Source: an uncultured Verrucomicrobiae bacterium (GTDB taxonomy: Bacteria > Verrucomicrobiota > Verrucomicrobiia > Chthoniobacterales > JAFAMB01). Taken from it: a stretch of 64,000 bases of DNA. Shown here in pieces: positions 61,853 to 64,000 of this stretch (its first letter is position 1; each line of letters starts with the position of its first letter). The stretch is taken from NCBI GenBank assembly GCA_963837955.1, contig CAWIPH010000002.1, positions 4,896,001-4,960,000 of the forward strand, given 5' to 3'. Below the pieces are notes generated by a model. It was not told the DNA's origin. It made no database searches and was given only the letters and a program-made list of their open reading frames with translations. A program made the translations under genes and the position numbers.

Positions 61853-63490
61853 TTATAGCTTATGATCGGCTTTCAGTATTTCTCCGGCGCGTTCGCCGAT
61901 AATGACGCAGGGAGCCATGGTGTTACCTGTGGTCACGCGCGGCATAATGGATCCATCGGCAATGCGCAGGTTTTCGATTCCATAAACCTTGAGGTTGGCA
62001 TCAACCACCGACATGGAGTCACGTCCCATCTTGGCGGTACACGTCTGATGCCAGAAGGTAACGACCGAATCCCGGATGAAGTTTTCGAGTTCGGCCCCTT
62101 TCAAGTTACCCGGCATCACCTCGCGCTTTACGAAAGGGCGAAACACAGCCGAGTTACCTATTTCGCGGCAGAGTTGCACACCGCCTATCGCTGCCTTTAC
62201 GTCGTCCGGATGGGACATCATGTTGGTCTCGATCTGTAGAGCATCCACGGGGTTGGGCCCCGTTAGCCGGATCCTGCCTCGGCTTTTTGGACGTACGATG
62301 CCTGCGAACATTGACCAGGAGCCGGCCGGCGCGTTGTACCGGGCTAGCATTTCGGCAGCGGCAAACGGTACTTCAGTCTGGCATGTCTGAATGTCTGGCG
62401 TGTCAAGATTCGGATCGCTCTTCCAGAAGAAAGTAATAGAACCGGTGCGTGGCGGAAGCGGTTTTTGGTACTCCCAGACACAGCCAATAGCTGGGTGGTC
62501 CTGAAAATTCTGCCCCACGCCTGGAAGATGCTGCACCAGGGAAATTCCGTGACGTTCTAACTCGGCTTGGTCGCCGATGCCGGATTGCATCAGCACCTTC
62601 GGCGTATGAATAGCACCCAGTGACAGCACCACTTCAAGCCCGGCGCTGATCCGATGGGTTTTGCCGTTGTAAATACATTCCACTCCGGTCGCACGCTTAC
62701 CCGCGAAAGTTATCCGGCTGACTAATGCGTGGGTGAGCACCGTCAGATTCGGCCGGTCCATGTATGGGAAAGTATAAGAGCGAAATACAGACTGGCGCTT
62801 TCCATCGCGATTCCGAAAGTCTAGCAACGAGCAACCACCCGCACCTTCCATCATGCGACCGTTCTGATTTTCAAAAGTTGGGATCCCGACCGACCGTGTT
62901 CCTTCCAGCATGGCCAGAGCAACTGGGCTGGGATCGGGCGCTGGTTGGACAAAAACCGGCCCTCCCGTTCCGCGGTGCTTTGGGTCTGGTGCACCATGCC
63001 AGTCTTCGATGCGGCGATAGATATTCAGCACTGACTCATAGCTCCACGCGAGATCGCCGGCCTCGGATGCGAAATAGTCCCAGTCGTTCTTGTGTCCGCG
63101 CGACCAAGCCATCACATTGATACTGGATCCACCACCCAGGACCTTGCCCATATTCATTGGAATGGAGCGTCCGTTCAGATGCGGATTCGGTTGAGCCTGG
63201 AAGGCCCAATCCCGATCGCTTCCGAGATTGGTGTGCCATTGATCGGCCTCCATGACGCTGGGCACATCGTCGCTGCCGCCGGCCTCCAGCAGGAGCACGC
63301 TGACATCTGAATTTTCGGCCAGCCGGCGCGCCACTACCGAACCGGAAGAGCCAGATCCGCAGACGATGAAATCATAGTGTGGCTTTAGTTCAGAGGTAAG
63401 TTTCGCTTGATTCACGCGTACCCGCTCGGCGAAATCTGCTGCGCCGGTACTTGGTTCAAGGCTCGCTGTATTATCTGCATTGGTCTTCAT
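61853..63490 (-). CDS. GMC oxidoreductase (choline dehydrogenase-like)
   Basis: GSGSSG, GKVLGGGSSIN, VGQNFQDH, WHQTCTAKMG, GNTMAP. Confidence 0.93.
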   Translation of the reverse strand: MKTNADNTASLEPSTGAADFAERVRVNQAKLTSELKPHYDFIVCGSGSSGSVVARRLAENSDVSVLLLEAGGSDDVPSVMEADQWHTNLGSDRDWAFQAQPNPHLNGRSIPMNMGKVLGGGSSINVMAWSRGHKNDWDYFASEAGDLAWSYESVLNIYRRIEDWHGAPDPKHRGTGGPVFVQPAPDPSPVALAMLEGTRSVGIPTFENQNGRMMEGAGGCSLLDFRNRDGKRQSVFRSYTFPYMDRPNLTVLTHALVSRITFAGKRATGVECIYNGKTHRISAGLEVVLSLGAIHTPKVLMQSGIGDQAELERHGISLVQHLPGVGQNFQDHPAIGCVWEYQKPLPPRTGSITFFWKSDPNLDTPDIQTCQTEVPFAAAEMLARYNAPAGSWSMFAGIVRPKSRGRIRLTGPNPVDALQIETNMMSHPDDVKAAIGGVQLCREIGNSAVFRPFVKREVMPGNLKGAELENFIRDSVVTFWHQTCTAKMGRDSMSVVDANLKVYGIENLRIADGSIMPRVTTGNTMAPCVIIGERAGEILKADHKL

Positions 63491-63709
63491 AAATCTGCGT
63501 TTCTCCCGCAGACATTCATTGATGACATCTTGATTCTCTTGGAGCCTCGTGCGGTTCTTTGGTAGATAACTGCTCTCAGAACAAAACAACCGAGGGCTTT
63601 GAACGGCTCGGCGCTACACTGACCCGGGCCGGCCGTGGCAGACCGCGAAGGTGATTCCGATGCTTGATTGATCAAGCCGGCCGACGCTTACGTTCGCCAC
63701 CGAACATTC
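63478..63709 (-). repeat. Copy B of the duplicated upstream module
   Basis: See copy A; directly precedes the GMC ATG. Confidence 0.9.
63535..63575 (-). promoter_or_regulatory. AraC/XylS-type tandem direct-repeat operator (second copy at 60721-60761)
   Basis: Minus strand GCAgttatCTaccAAAGA and GCAcgaggCTccAAGAGA with a 21-bp period, kept in both module copies. Confidence 0.5.
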
Positions 63710-63718
63710 AGTGATTAT
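63620..63718 (-). pseudogene. Decayed 3' end of an AraC-family regulator gene
   Basis: Translation TECSVANVSVGRLDQSSIGITFAVCHGRP keeps the VGxxDQSxxxxxFxxxxG spacing of the second AraC HTH. Confidence 0.45.
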
Positions 63719-64000
63719 TGGACTGATGTTTGCGGCCAAACACCAAGCCCCCCGCCTCCCGCGCCCGCCGACCCACGCCTTTGCGTCAGGACCTCGTACC
63801 ATCGCAGAAGGGTAGGCCGCCGGCCTTATAGCCGAAGGTAATTGGGAACATCTGGCCTCGGTCGCGTTTTCGGCACTCGAGGGCCTGGTTGCGGAGACTG
63901 AGAGCGGCGCAGTTAAAACAACGATTGCGACAGCTCGGACAAAAAGCCGCCTGGTCCCTAAACTTTGATGTTAGTGCTCTTGACTTGGTCGAGAAGGTAA

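Noticed and set aside
60665..63709. Duplicated leader as a riboswitch or CRISPR-like repeat
   Set aside because: There are only two copies, no spacer array and no recognisable aptamer. Operon duplication explains it better.

Overview
A mostly housekeeping chromosomal segment (1 to ~47.4 kb), probably from Verrucomicrobiota (Chthoniobacterales/Spartobacteria-like; inferred from DUF5069, the LpxL-WaaF fusion and protein style, not a database result). It holds the start of the str operon (rpsL-rpsG-fusA, with fusA running off the left edge), RNase P RNA, cysK, a bactofilin pair with DUF5069, gyrBA, bamA-skp, mqnC, ruvB, mlaEFD, hrpB, a DEAD-box helicase, purC-ppk2-tgt, rpoZ-smpB, an MMPL transporter, a fused lipid A acyltransferase/heptosyltransferase, xerD and tRNA-Gly(TCC). 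After the tRNA (47.4-64 kb) is an accessory, partly decayed region: orphan small proteins, an att-like relic, a YVTN pseudogene, an MscS/MscK channel, a sugar ABC importer, a possible permuted papain-fold exported enzyme, a TetR/OYE pair, and a duplicated araC-operator-GMC-SnoaL module whose two copies appear to have lost complementary genes. Several REP/REPIN-like palindromic elements lie in intergenic gaps. I found no CRISPR array, rRNA, intact transposase, prophage or recognisable defence system. The best leads for uncharacterised biology are the bactofilin/Zn-ribbon-bactofilin/DUF5069 operon, the exported His...Cys enzyme, the terminator in the rpsL leader, and the orphan paralog pair. All are hypotheses.
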